Virus record (IMG/VR): IMGVR_UViG_3300032295_001971
Location: 1-40,032 of that record
DNA length: 40,032 nt
Strand: one strand, 5' to 3'
DNA from: a virus
Lineage: Duplodnaviria > Caudoviricetes
Numbering within the stretch: the stretch's first letter is position 1; every line of letters begins with the position of its first letter. Shown here piece by piece: positions 1-7,757 of the stretch. A program made the position numbers and the translations under genes. Below the pieces are notes generated by a model. The model had not been told where the DNA came from, made no database searches, and saw only the letters and a list, made by a program, of their open reading frames with translations.

Positions 1-58
1 ACTCATACGGCTGATTAGGGGTTCAATAGTATTCATATCTATCATCTTTATTACAGTG

Positions 59-90
59 TAAACATACGAAATTCCCCTGAGAATTCCAAA
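59..90 (-). promoter_or_regulatory. Bacteroidota-type promoter (-33/-7), variant -7 box
   Basis: Minus strand TTTG-N20-TATGTTTA followed by CACTGTAATAA; ATG at 36 runs off the window. Confidence 0.65.
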
Positions 91-160
91 TACTTTTCCA
101 AATATTTTTTATTTATTTTCAGCCTCCCTCCAGCTTCTCTACTCCCGCCCTGCCACCCTA

Positions 161-192
161 TAAAGATACGAAAAAGATTTCACATTTCCAAG
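161..192 (-). promoter_or_regulatory. Bacteroidota-type promoter
   Basis: Minus strand CTTG-N20-TATCTTTA. Confidence 0.6.
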
Positions 193-312
193 CTTTCCTC
201 CCGTTATTTTTCATAATAATTTAGGGCTTTTGTTGAAGAATTTTCAATGCGCCATCGTCTTGAGATATGAAATTTTCAACGAATCGTTAGCTTCTTTGAA
301 AGGTTTTCAATG

Positions 313-432
313 GGAGTTATCCACAGCTTTATCCACAATGGATTCACATATGTAAATCGGTTTTGTAATAGGTTGATATGGAGGGGCTTATAGGCTTACA
401 ATTGTGGATAACTCCTTTACAAATGTGTATAA
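313..432. promoter_or_regulatory. DnaA-box cluster (possible origin or DnaA-binding locus)
   Basis: TTATCCACA at 317-325 and 329-337, TGTGGATAA at 403-411, TGTGTATAA at 424-432; 13-bp inverted repeat 313-325/403-415; no ORF here. Confidence 0.65.
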
Positions 433-543
433 AAATCCCCCAGTAAATTTTTTTTTCTCGCAGAGGGATGAGCTAGTGGTCTGAGTATAGTTTTATACAC
501 TTATATATTGAACCCTATCACTAAATTAGTGTCTATCAGTATG

Positions 544-577
544 GTGGGAGAAAGTGGTAAGAAGTGGGTAATTGTGT
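544..577 (+). repeat. 10-bp periodic GTGG repeats, MraZ-box-like
   Basis: GTGGGAGAAA GTGGTAAGAA GTGGGTAATT GTGT; cores at 544, 554, 564, 574. Confidence 0.5.
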
Positions 578-664
578 AGAGTGGTGGTAATTAACTCCTG
601 TCATATATCAGTATTTAGCCCTACAGCCCCATTGGTTGGTTTTGTGGTTTAACTATTTGGGGTA

Positions 665-1009
665 TCAAATTCCATCCCTTTTCCACTTCGTATGGGCCTT
701 CGTTATCATAGTTAACCAACTTCTATCTACTACACTATAACTCCCTATTATGGCAACCTTTCGTATCAGATCGGTAAAGAATTCCTTCTCTCTTAGGATA
801 CCATCCTTTTCGAATATCGTATCATCCCCCATACCCTCTAGCCATTCTCCTAACTCCTTTAGGTATTCCTTTTTCTCTTCGGTTAAGGGAGAATCACTTC
901 TATAGGATTGGGCTTGGTTTAATGCGGATTTGGCGTTTTGGATACTCATTTCTCTTAACTCTTCAGAATCAGGTCTCCTTATAGGTGGTGGTATTGGTAT
1001 ATAGGGCAT
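665..1009 (-). CDS. hypothetical protein
   Basis: 114-aa ORF in the minus-strand gene run. Confidence 0.65.
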   Translation of the reverse strand: MPYIPIPPPIRRPDSEELREMSIQNAKSALNQAQSYRSDSPLTEEKKEYLKELGEWLEGMGDDTIFEKDGILREKEFFTDLIRKVAIIGSYSVVDRSWLTMITKAHTKWKRDGI

Positions 1010-1014
1010 ATAGG

Positions 1015-1251
1015 TTATGGTTTTCTTTTCGGTTTAGATTTTCGGATAGGTATGTAAAGGCTTAATCCTAATTCCTCTCCCCATCCCATATTATAGATTC
1101 CCCATTGGTGGATTTCCCAGCTCCTCCTTTTATGGAGTGGAAATTCCCATCCCACTTCAGGGGATTTCTCTTCTAACTCTAAATTAGGTTTTGGTGGTTC
1201 TCTCTTAGGGTTTATCGTATCTAACATTAACATTAGAAGTATTCCTTTCAT
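1015..1251 (-). CDS. hypothetical protein
   Basis: 78-aa ORF ending 5 nt before the next start. Confidence 0.55.
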   Translation of the reverse strand: MKGILLMLMLDTINPKREPPKPNLELEEKSPEVGWEFPLHKRRSWEIHQWGIYNMGWGEELGLSLYIPIRKSKPKRKP

Positions 1252-1341
1252 ATCCTTTATAGATTATACGAATTAATTCACCTAAAGGGTTATTCCCTAA
1301 TAGGTATCTTAAACGGGTATCGGATTCTAATCTTCTCCTTA

Positions 1342-1524
1342 TCATTTCCTAAACATTACCCATCCCAGTATAGTAACTAATCCTACTCCAGCCCATAGGC
1401 TTGCATCCTTATACCATACCCATTTAGTTTCTTTTCTTTTTTTCATACTCTTATCCATTGATTGTATATATGTCATCCCATCCTTATCAGGGAACGTTTC
1501 CATTAAGTGCCTTTCTCTATTCAT
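1342..1524 (-). CDS. small membrane protein (start revised to MNRERH)
   Basis: C-terminal hydrophobic helix; ATG at 1524 follows the stop of the 1527..1694 ORF. Confidence 0.55.
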   Translation of the reverse strand: MNRERHLMETFPDKDGMTYIQSMDKSMKKRKETKWVWYKDASLWAGVGLVTILGWVMFRK

Positions 1525-1526
1525 AT

Positions 1527-1694
1527 TTAATAATTCCATTTTCCTGTCCTTATTCCCCTTACCCATTCCTTTTCCCAGTAGTGTATCATTCTCCTTACCT
1601 CTCTGAGTAATCCCTCTTCCTTTCCCCTTAGTAGTAGGACCTCTACTTCCTTTAGGTGAACTATCCTATTCCTTACCTCTTCCCTTTGATTCAT
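1527..1694 (-). CDS. 55-aa hypothetical protein not in the ORF track
   Basis: Own translation: MNQREEVRNRIVHLKEVEVLLLRGKEEGLLREVRRMIHYWEKEWVRGIRTGKWNY; resembles its neighbour 1666..1860. Confidence 0.55.
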   Translation of the reverse strand: MNQREEVRNRIVHLKEVEVLLLRGKEEGLLREVRRMIHYWEKEWVRGIRTGKWNY

Positions 1695-1860
1695 TCTCTG
1701 AATTATCAGTATTCTCGTCCAGCTTCATTAGTTCCTCTTCCCTTCTCTTTATGATTTCCATCAGCTGTCCGCATAGTTCATATTCCTCTATTCGGATCAT
1801 TTCCCTTTTCAAATCCTTCAGATTTCGGATTCTAACCATTAACTCTATCTTACTCACCAT
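1666..1860 (-). CDS. small helical hypothetical protein (weakly UVR-motif-like)
   Basis: 64 aa; segment REMIRIEEYELCGQL. Confidence 0.55.
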   Translation of the reverse strand: MVSKIELMVRIRNLKDLKREMIRIEEYELCGQLMEIIKRREEELMKLDENTDNSENESKGRGKE

Positions 1861-2000
1861 TTTCTAAAAAGCATTATAAAAACTAACCATCCCCAGCCAT
1901 CCAAGCCTTTAGAAGCTAAATACACTATTCCCCCTACTATACTAATATCTACTAAGGTGTTTCCTATTACCCATAGGATATCTTTGATTTCTCTATTCAT
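1854..2000 (-). CDS. 48-aa membrane protein not in the ORF track
   Basis: Own translation: MNREIKDILWVIGNTLVDISIVGGIVYLASKGLDGWGWLVFIMLFRKW; stop overlaps the next start. Confidence 0.55.
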   Translation of the reverse strand: MNREIKDILWVIGNTLVDISIVGGIVYLASKGLDGWGWLVFIMLFRKW

Positions 2001-2285
2001 AACATTTTATTTTATTTCTAAGGTCTTTTAGGCCATTTCCATCCCTTCCGCTTACCCCTTATCAATAGGTATATACTACCCAGCGTAAATGAGGCCAATA
2101 CCCATAGGGATGAATCCATCCCAATTCCTATCATACACAGCGCTATCACTGCCATAAAACTCAATCCCTGTTCCATTTTCTTATTCTTTTAATATCCTTA
2201 TCAACATTCCCCACATCCACTCTAAGATTTTCCATACGAATAAGATACCGAGGAGATTGGCTAACCATTTCCTTTTATCCCACAT

Positions 2286-2624
2286 CTACATCGTAAACTT
2301 ATCTAATATCCTATCCTTTACTATACCTACTAAGTTATCCGGGTCTTTTAAATACTCAGCCTCAACATATACTCTACCACTACACTTCCGACCAATTTCG
2401 GATTCATATTCATATTGTATCATAACCTCATTATCTAATAGGGATAAATCTCGCATTACAGCTATCGAACCGATTCCACCCAGTGGATTCACTTTAGCCC
2501 TATGTCTTATCTCCCAACTATAGTTATCACCATATGAAAGGTTTCTACCAAAATAACCTATAACCCAGTCATCAAATATGATACCACTTATTCTTTCAGG
2601 GTTTTTTATTGTTAACGTTGCCAT
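2286..2624 (-). CDS. hypothetical protein, LTIKN paralog family
   Basis: 112 aa; N-terminal LTIKNPERISG similar to 11027..11335. Confidence 0.65.
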   Translation of the reverse strand: MATLTIKNPERISGIIFDDWVIGYFGRNLSYGDNYSWEIRHRAKVNPLGGIGSIAVMRDLSLLDNEVMIQYEYESEIGRKCSGRVYVEAEYLKDPDNLVGIVKDRILDKFTM

Positions 2625-2730
2625 TCCTTTTCTCTTTGTTTCTTTCTATATTGTGCGTATTTTTCTGAGAATATATGCATTCCCATCACTATCAGTAGTA
2701 TTCCTGCCACAACTCCGATTTGATACAATA

Positions 2731-3210
2731 TCATAACTCAATATCAATTTCCTCATTACCTACTCTAATACTCAATCTTCTAACACTACCCACTTCAAAA
2801 TCCCAATCAAACTCCTCTTTTGTGGATAAACTAAATACATCCTCACCACTATCGTTCAGCTTCTCTTCATCCTCTTCACTTAAGGGCGATTCCCATTCCG
2901 TATCCATACAATCCATATTTCCATCCTCAGCGTGTACAAGATAGATTTCACCAAAACAATCACTACTCAACTCACCCAACTCATATTCATTCAATAAGAA
3001 TATCACATCTTCACCACTCATTGGTGCTTCCAACTCTGCGATCTTCCAATTGGTTTGGGCGTTTGTTACAAATCCGTTACCTTCCCACTCACCTTCATAT
3101 CGGGTAGATTCTACCAATGCCCACCTTTCTAACGCAATAATTACCGTAACCTCCATTACGGTATCCCAACCCAACTCTTTTAGTTTTTGAATGACTGCTT
3201 CGTTTTTCAT
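2731..3210 (-). CDS. acidic hypothetical protein (start likely MKNEAV)
   Basis: Long D/E-rich ORF; ATG at 3210 preceded by an A-rich leader. Confidence 0.65.
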   Translation of the reverse strand: MKNEAVIQKLKELGWDTVMEVTVIIALERWALVESTRYEGEWEGNGFVTNAQTNWKIAELEAPMSGEDVIFLLNEYELGELSSDCFGEIYLVHAEDGNMDCMDTEWESPLSEEDEEKLNDSGEDVFSLSTKEEFDWDFEVGSVRRLSIRVGNEEIDIEL

Positions 3211-3300
3211 ATTATTTAGGTTTATACTATCTGAAAATTTTTTCCTATCGACCCGAACCCCCATACACCGAATTATCGATACTGAGGATATGATAGGATA

Positions 3301-3519
3301 TTAATAATCATATTCTATTAAATTATTCTCATACATCCATTTACTTAATTGAATGATTATCTTTTGAGTCTTATCATCGTTCGTTCTTGCACTTTTATCC
3401 ACAAGCCTTTGAATAGATTCCCTACTCAATAGAATATATTCATCCGCAAAATCATCTTCACTACATTTTTGGATTATGTTCATAGGTTTGTTTTTGTTCG
3501 TTATCAATTTCGTTTTCAT
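3301..3519 (-). CDS. hypothetical protein
   Basis: 72-aa ORF; start uncertain (overlaps upstream gene). Confidence 0.5.
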   Translation of the reverse strand: MKTKLITNKNKPMNIIQKCSEDDFADEYILLSRESIQRLVDKSARTNDDKTQKIIIQLSKWMYENNLIEYDY

Positions 3520-3712
3520 ATTGCTCCATAGGTGCGTTCATTAATAGAACCTCCTTTGTATCCTCTCTAACATAAACTGCTACAACGGGCTTATCCAATC
3601 GGTATTTCACACCACTCTCATCACTCTCCATAAGTTCGGCGATTTCAACATCAAAATCTGCTAATTCGGCAGGTATTTGATTGAGAAACTCTATTAAATC
3701 TTTTAACTTCAT
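3461..3712 (-). CDS. hypothetical phage protein
   Basis: 83 aa; MKLKDLIEFLNQIP-type N-terminus. Confidence 0.65.
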   Translation of the reverse strand: MKLKDLIEFLNQIPAELADFDVEIAELMESDESGVKYRLDKPVVAVYVREDTKEVLLMNAPMEQYENEIDNEQKQTYEHNPKM

Positions 3713-3716
3713 ATTT

Positions 3717-4043
3717 TTATTTTATTGAATTTATTAACTCTAATAATATGTAAGATAATTTGTATCCCGTAAATGCCCCAAATGCGGATGGGATTGGAAA
3801 TACTATCAACTTACCCAAATCAGTTACATACTTAGGTCTATTCACAATCTTACCCATAAAGAAATAGTATGTAAGATATCCCATTAAAACTGCTATATCA
3901 GTTCTAGTTGCGATAAATACCACCAAAGTAGCACCCAAAAATCCAAAGATAAAGTTATCTCTAAAGCCTTCCCATATTTCATTTGGTGTGGCATCTTTAT
4001 ATTCCTTTACCATTTTTTCGAATTTAGCCCTTTGCTTTTTCAA
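3717..4043 (-). CDS. membrane protein
   Basis: 108 aa with about 3 hydrophobic segments. Confidence 0.65.
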   Translation of the reverse strand: MKKQRAKFEKMVKEYKDATPNEIWEGFRDNFIFGFLGATLVVFIATRTDIAVLMGYLTYYFFMGKIVNRPKYVTDLGKLIVFPIPSAFGAFTGYKLSYILLELINSIK

Positions 4044-4048
4044 TTTCT

Positions 4049-4675
4049 TTAATTTAAGTTGTTCATTTTAATTGCGTGTAGGAATTCCTGTCTTACTAAG
4101 TTATCACCTTCTAAGAATTGCCCACTAAATTTATTTGTAGTCATCAAACTATCAGGGTGTTGAACTCCTCTCATCCCACAACATAGGTGATGTCCACTAA
4201 TTGAAACTGCTACATTATCACATTCCAATTTCTCACTAACAAATTTATGTATCTGAGCAGTTAGGGATTCCTGCATTTGAGGTCTCCTACTGAACCATTC
4301 TACAATCCTATTCAACTTACTCAACCCAATCACATTACCTTTAGGGATATAAGCTACAGCTGCATATCCATAGAAAGGTAAGTTATGATGCGCACACATT
4401 GAATTAACTTTGATACCTGTCTGAATAACAATACCATTGTAATTGTCCTCATTCGGAAACACCGTAATATCAGGCTCATCCGTTATACTACCTTTAATCA
4501 AATCATCCAACCAAGCTTTAGCTACTCTATTCGGCGTATCTATTGTTTGAGGGTCTGCTTTATAATCAAATCCTAATGATTCTAAAAATAATCCATAATA
4601 GTGTGCAGCAGATGCCTTTCTATCTTCTTTTTCTAAATTGGTTATGGATTCGTTTCCGTTTGCTTTTATTAACAT
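4049..4675 (-). CDS. folE: GTP cyclohydrolase I
   Basis: Motifs DTPNRVAK, SMCAHHNLPF, GLSKLNR, RRPQMQE, HLCCGMRGV. Confidence 0.95.
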   Translation of the reverse strand: MLIKANGNESITNLEKEDRKASAAHYYGLFLESLGFDYKADPQTIDTPNRVAKAWLDDLIKGSITDEPDITVFPNEDNYNGIVIQTGIKVNSMCAHHNLPFYGYAAVAYIPKGNVIGLSKLNRIVEWFSRRPQMQESLTAQIHKFVSEKLECDNVAVSISGHHLCCGMRGVQHPDSLMTTNKFSGQFLEGDNLVRQEFLHAIKMNNLN

Positions 4676-4866
4676 AACTTAGTTTCTATCTATTAATGCT
4701 TCTATCAATACCCAACCAAAAAACATAATACCAATTGGTAGATTAACCGAATACCATAACCCAGCTGCTATACCTAACCCAATAATTGTTTTACATGCTT
4801 TTAATCCATCTTTAATAAATCGTTTGTACCAATACTGAAAATAATTTTCTTTCATATTTTTTTGTT

Positions 4867-5100
4867 TTATTTAATATCTGCTCTCATACTTTTTGAGCAT
4901 TTAATACTTCCTTTCATATTATCTTCATTAACATCAATCTCACCTTTACCACTATGCTCTTTATTACTCATCACCTCTTTGAATATCTGCTTAGCCAATC
5001 TATCTATCATACCACGTCTATACCCAGTTGTATCCGCACCCAATAATGGAGCTTCAAACTCCATATCAACATCCAAATTAATTTTGTATTTAAATCTCAT
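4867..5100 (-). CDS. hypothetical protein
   Basis: 77-aa ORF coupled to the upstream gene. Confidence 0.6.
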   Translation of the reverse strand: MRFKYKINLDVDMEFEAPLLGADTTGYRRGMIDRLAKQIFKEVMSNKEHSGKGEIDVNEDNMKGSIKCSKSMRADIK

Positions 5101-5101
5101 A

Positions 5102-5416
5102 TTATTTTTTTATTGCTTTACTAATGATGTCCACAATCCTATTCAACCTCCATTCACTCTTCTGCTCTTTAATGGTTTTTGGTTCATCATCAACTTTACT
5201 TAAATTTTTATGTGCAACTATATTGGTATTATAATTGCTTATTAAGGATTGATAATATAAAGAATGTAGGTTATGTGGTATGTTATTAAAATCAGCAACT
5301 ATCTTAATTGGTAATTCAGTTCCAGTTCCATAAATTTTTATAGAAGTATTGATTGTAACTAAACCACTACCCTTCATTGTTAGCCTACCATTATCCGGCG
5401 TTATGTTTATACTCAT
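5102..5416 (-). CDS. hypothetical protein
   Basis: 104-aa ORF with 1-nt gaps to neighbours. Confidence 0.65.
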   Translation of the reverse strand: MSINITPDNGRLTMKGSGLVTINTSIKIYGTGTELPIKIVADFNNIPHNLHSLYYQSLISNYNTNIVAHKNLSKVDDEPKTIKEQKSEWRLNRIVDIISKAIKK

Positions 5417-5417
5417 A

Positions 5418-5630
5418 TTATTTCTTTTTGTGTTTTATAAACCAAATCGAATGTATCATTAATACACAAGCATTTACAATTATCGTAGGCCATGCCATAA
5501 TTCCAATTCCATACGCTATCCAAAACATCGAACCAATTGAATTAATCAATCTTAATCTGCGAATGTTTTCAATTGTGAATGAATACAAAACAACTACAGT
5601 TCCTATATAACCAAATATATCCCAATTCAT
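5418..5630 (-). CDS. small membrane protein, YgjV-like
   Basis: GYIGTVVVLYSF...RLRLINSIGS...IAYG...PTIIVN pattern. Confidence 0.65.
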   Translation of the reverse strand: MNWDIFGYIGTVVVLYSFTIENIRRLRLINSIGSMFWIAYGIGIMAWPTIIVNACVLMIHSIWFIKHKKK

Positions 5631-5631
5631 A

Positions 5632-5931
5632 TTAATTTATTGCTATTTTACATTTAATCCCATCTTCACTTTCGAATACCCAATCTATCATTTCATATTT
5701 AGTATGCTCATTTTCATCAATTAACCAATTTGTGGTTTCTTCTACAAATCTAAACCGTCTGAATCCACCTGTTGTGGTATTAACAATAAAAAATTGTTTC
5801 TTCATATTAGGAAATGCTTCGGGATGGATATTACCATCCGGCATTTGACAATGTAAGAAAGGTGCTTCAGCAAAGAATGTGTTTTCATCCTTATTCCAAC
5901 TGAACTGATTAATATGATATTTGTATTCCAT
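5632..5931 (-). CDS. hypothetical protein
   Basis: 99-aa ORF. Confidence 0.65.
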   Translation of the reverse strand: MEYKYHINQFSWNKDENTFFAEAPFLHCQMPDGNIHPEAFPNMKKQFFIVNTTTGGFRRFRFVEETTNWLIDENEHTKYEMIDWVFESEDGIKCKIAIN

Positions 5932-5942
5932 AACTTATTATC

Positions 5943-6596
5943 TTACGATATATAATCCCAATTTGTATCCGATGGTCTCCACTTACTATAATCTTCACAC
6001 TTCCAAATCTTAGTAGAATATCTAAAATATGGAATTGCTGTTATATCATCCGTTCTACTCGGTTGATACCAACGAGTTCTATTGTTCGGTTGTGCACAAA
6101 ACTGTCCGTTTTCCAATTTAGATACGTTATATGATTTGTGCTCGTTCGGCGTTTCACTCCACCCACAATCAATTTCGTTTGGTTCTGAATGTGCGGTATC
6201 AATTGTAAAAAGATAATCACCACTTACAACAGTTTGATCTTTCAATGTAGTGTAAGTTTTGGTGCCTCTTAAAATTCTTTTTTCAATAACTGAAATGTTA
6301 TAGGATAAGCAATCCCATAATTGTAAAAAATCTAATGGATATGTTTTATCACCAACCTCTGGCAATCTCCATCTAAAAGCATGGATGGGTAACTTATCAT
6401 ATACTGCTCCAAACTTATCTATATATGTTTCAAATTGAAGTGCTCTATTTGGAATTGATTTTGCACTTACCCAATGCCCTCTTTCCCATTCACCTTCTCC
6501 TAAATGTTTTCCTTTAGAATCAGTTTGAAAATCATATAAAAATTTTTTATCAACCCACACTTCAACAGATGGTATATTTGCTACTAAGTAACTCAT
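5943..6596 (-). CDS. phage hypothetical protein
   Basis: 217 aa; motifs GAVYDKLPIHAF, LQLWDC, YLFTID, GQFCAQPNNR recalled from large-phage hypotheticals. Confidence 0.7.
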   Translation of the reverse strand: MSYLVANIPSVEVWVDKKFLYDFQTDSKGKHLGEGEWERGHWVSAKSIPNRALQFETYIDKFGAVYDKLPIHAFRWRLPEVGDKTYPLDFLQLWDCLSYNISVIEKRILRGTKTYTTLKDQTVVSGDYLFTIDTAHSEPNEIDCGWSETPNEHKSYNVSKLENGQFCAQPNNRTRWYQPSRTDDITAIPYFRYSTKIWKCEDYSKWRPSDTNWDYIS

Positions 6597-6603
6597 TTAT
6601 AAT

Positions 6604-7029
6604 TTATTTATTTAATAGCCAAGAGGATGATTGAATTTTATCACCCAACCCATCGGCCAATTCTATTCCTAACTCCTTACACAATTCCGTCTCACCAACG
6701 GTATTTCGATTTTGGTCACCACCATTAGCAAATACTATTTTAGTGAACTCATTACCCATTTCATTAAAAATATGTTTGATACTTTCATCCACTGTCTTTG
6801 TAGTATCTATAGCCACCATAGCTTTATCCACACATTTCAATGATTCAATTATCAATTTTCGTTCATCCGCTACCATAAAAGGTTTAGAACCCTTCAATTC
6901 TCTTTGATAATCATTGTTCACAATAACATAAAGAAAATCTCCTAATGCTTTACTTCTCGTTAGATATTCAATATGCCCTTTATGGACTGGGTTGAAATAT
7001 CCACTAACAATTACTAATACCTTTTCCAT
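6604..7029 (-). CDS. cytidylyltransferase-like nucleotidyltransferase (HxGH; TagD/RfaE-like)
   Basis: SGYFNPVHKGH, VIVNND, ER..IIESLKCVD, FANGGD, KIQSSS. Confidence 0.9.
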   Translation of the reverse strand: MEKVLVIVSGYFNPVHKGHIEYLTRSKALGDFLYVIVNNDYQRELKGSKPFMVADERKLIIESLKCVDKAMVAIDTTKTVDESIKHIFNEMGNEFTKIVFANGGDQNRNTVGETELCKELGIELADGLGDKIQSSSWLLNK

Positions 7030-7049
7030 GCCTATACCATAATTTTACA

Positions 7050-7081
7050 TAAAGATCGTAAAAATATCCGATATTTCCAAA
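7050..7081 (-). promoter_or_regulatory. promoter, GATCTTTA -7 variant
   Basis: TTTG-N20-GATCTTTA-TGTAA. Confidence 0.65.
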
Positions 7082-7092
7082 AATATCTTGTA

Positions 7093-7740
7093 TTATTTTT
7101 TCTTTAGTATCAGAGGTATTACGAACGCCAATAGAGTTAAAATTGAAAATACTGCATCAATTGATTCTGTGTTTAAATCATGCAGCCAATAAGATGATAC
7201 TAACTTTAATCCTAATGCACCAATCACCCAATATGCCACTTTCTCTAATATAGGATTCTTCTCTAATACTTTCACAAACTTTGTTGTAGCGAATCTCATA
7301 GCAAGAATACCAATGAATACACCACCACATATCAACCATAGATTAGGAGTAAATGCTACTGCGGCAAATACATTATCAATACTGAACACTAAATCCATAA
7401 TCTCAATTGCTACGATAGTAGACCACAATGGGGATAACCATCCTATTTTTACATTCATACCACTACTTTCACTATCCGATTTTCCGAATAGGGCTTTGTA
7501 TGCCAAATAGATTAGATATAACCCACCTACTACTTTCAACCATACCAATTGAACCAATATGGATGCGAATACTAATGCCAATCCTCTAAAAATATATGCA
7601 CCTGCGATACCATAAGTTAGCGCTTTCTTTTGTTGTTCCTTTGGTAATTCCTTTACCATTGCGGCGAGAACAGCTGCATTATCAATACTCAATACTATTT
7701 CAAGTATCATTATGTTTAAAAAAATCAATACTTCTGTCAT
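7093..7740 (-). CDS. TerC family membrane protein
   Basis: LEIVLSIDNAAVLA and DLVFSIDNVFAAVA motifs; multiple TM helices. Confidence 0.9.
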   Translation of the reverse strand: MTEVLIFLNIMILEIVLSIDNAAVLAAMVKELPKEQQKKALTYGIAGAYIFRGLALVFASILVQLVWLKVVGGLYLIYLAYKALFGKSDSESSGMNVKIGWLSPLWSTIVAIEIMDLVFSIDNVFAAVAFTPNLWLICGGVFIGILAMRFATTKFVKVLEKNPILEKVAYWVIGALGLKLVSSYWLHDLNTESIDAVFSILTLLAFVIPLILKKK

Positions 7741-7757
7741 AACCTTTATTTTATTAT

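Noticed and set aside
1342-1860. TAG readthrough fusing 1666..1860 to 1342..1566 (same frame, 33 open codons between), suggesting amber recoding
   Set aside because: A plausible 55-aa gene (1527..1694) occupies the gap in another frame, and TAG cleanly ends tagged genes elsewhere, so the standard code fits
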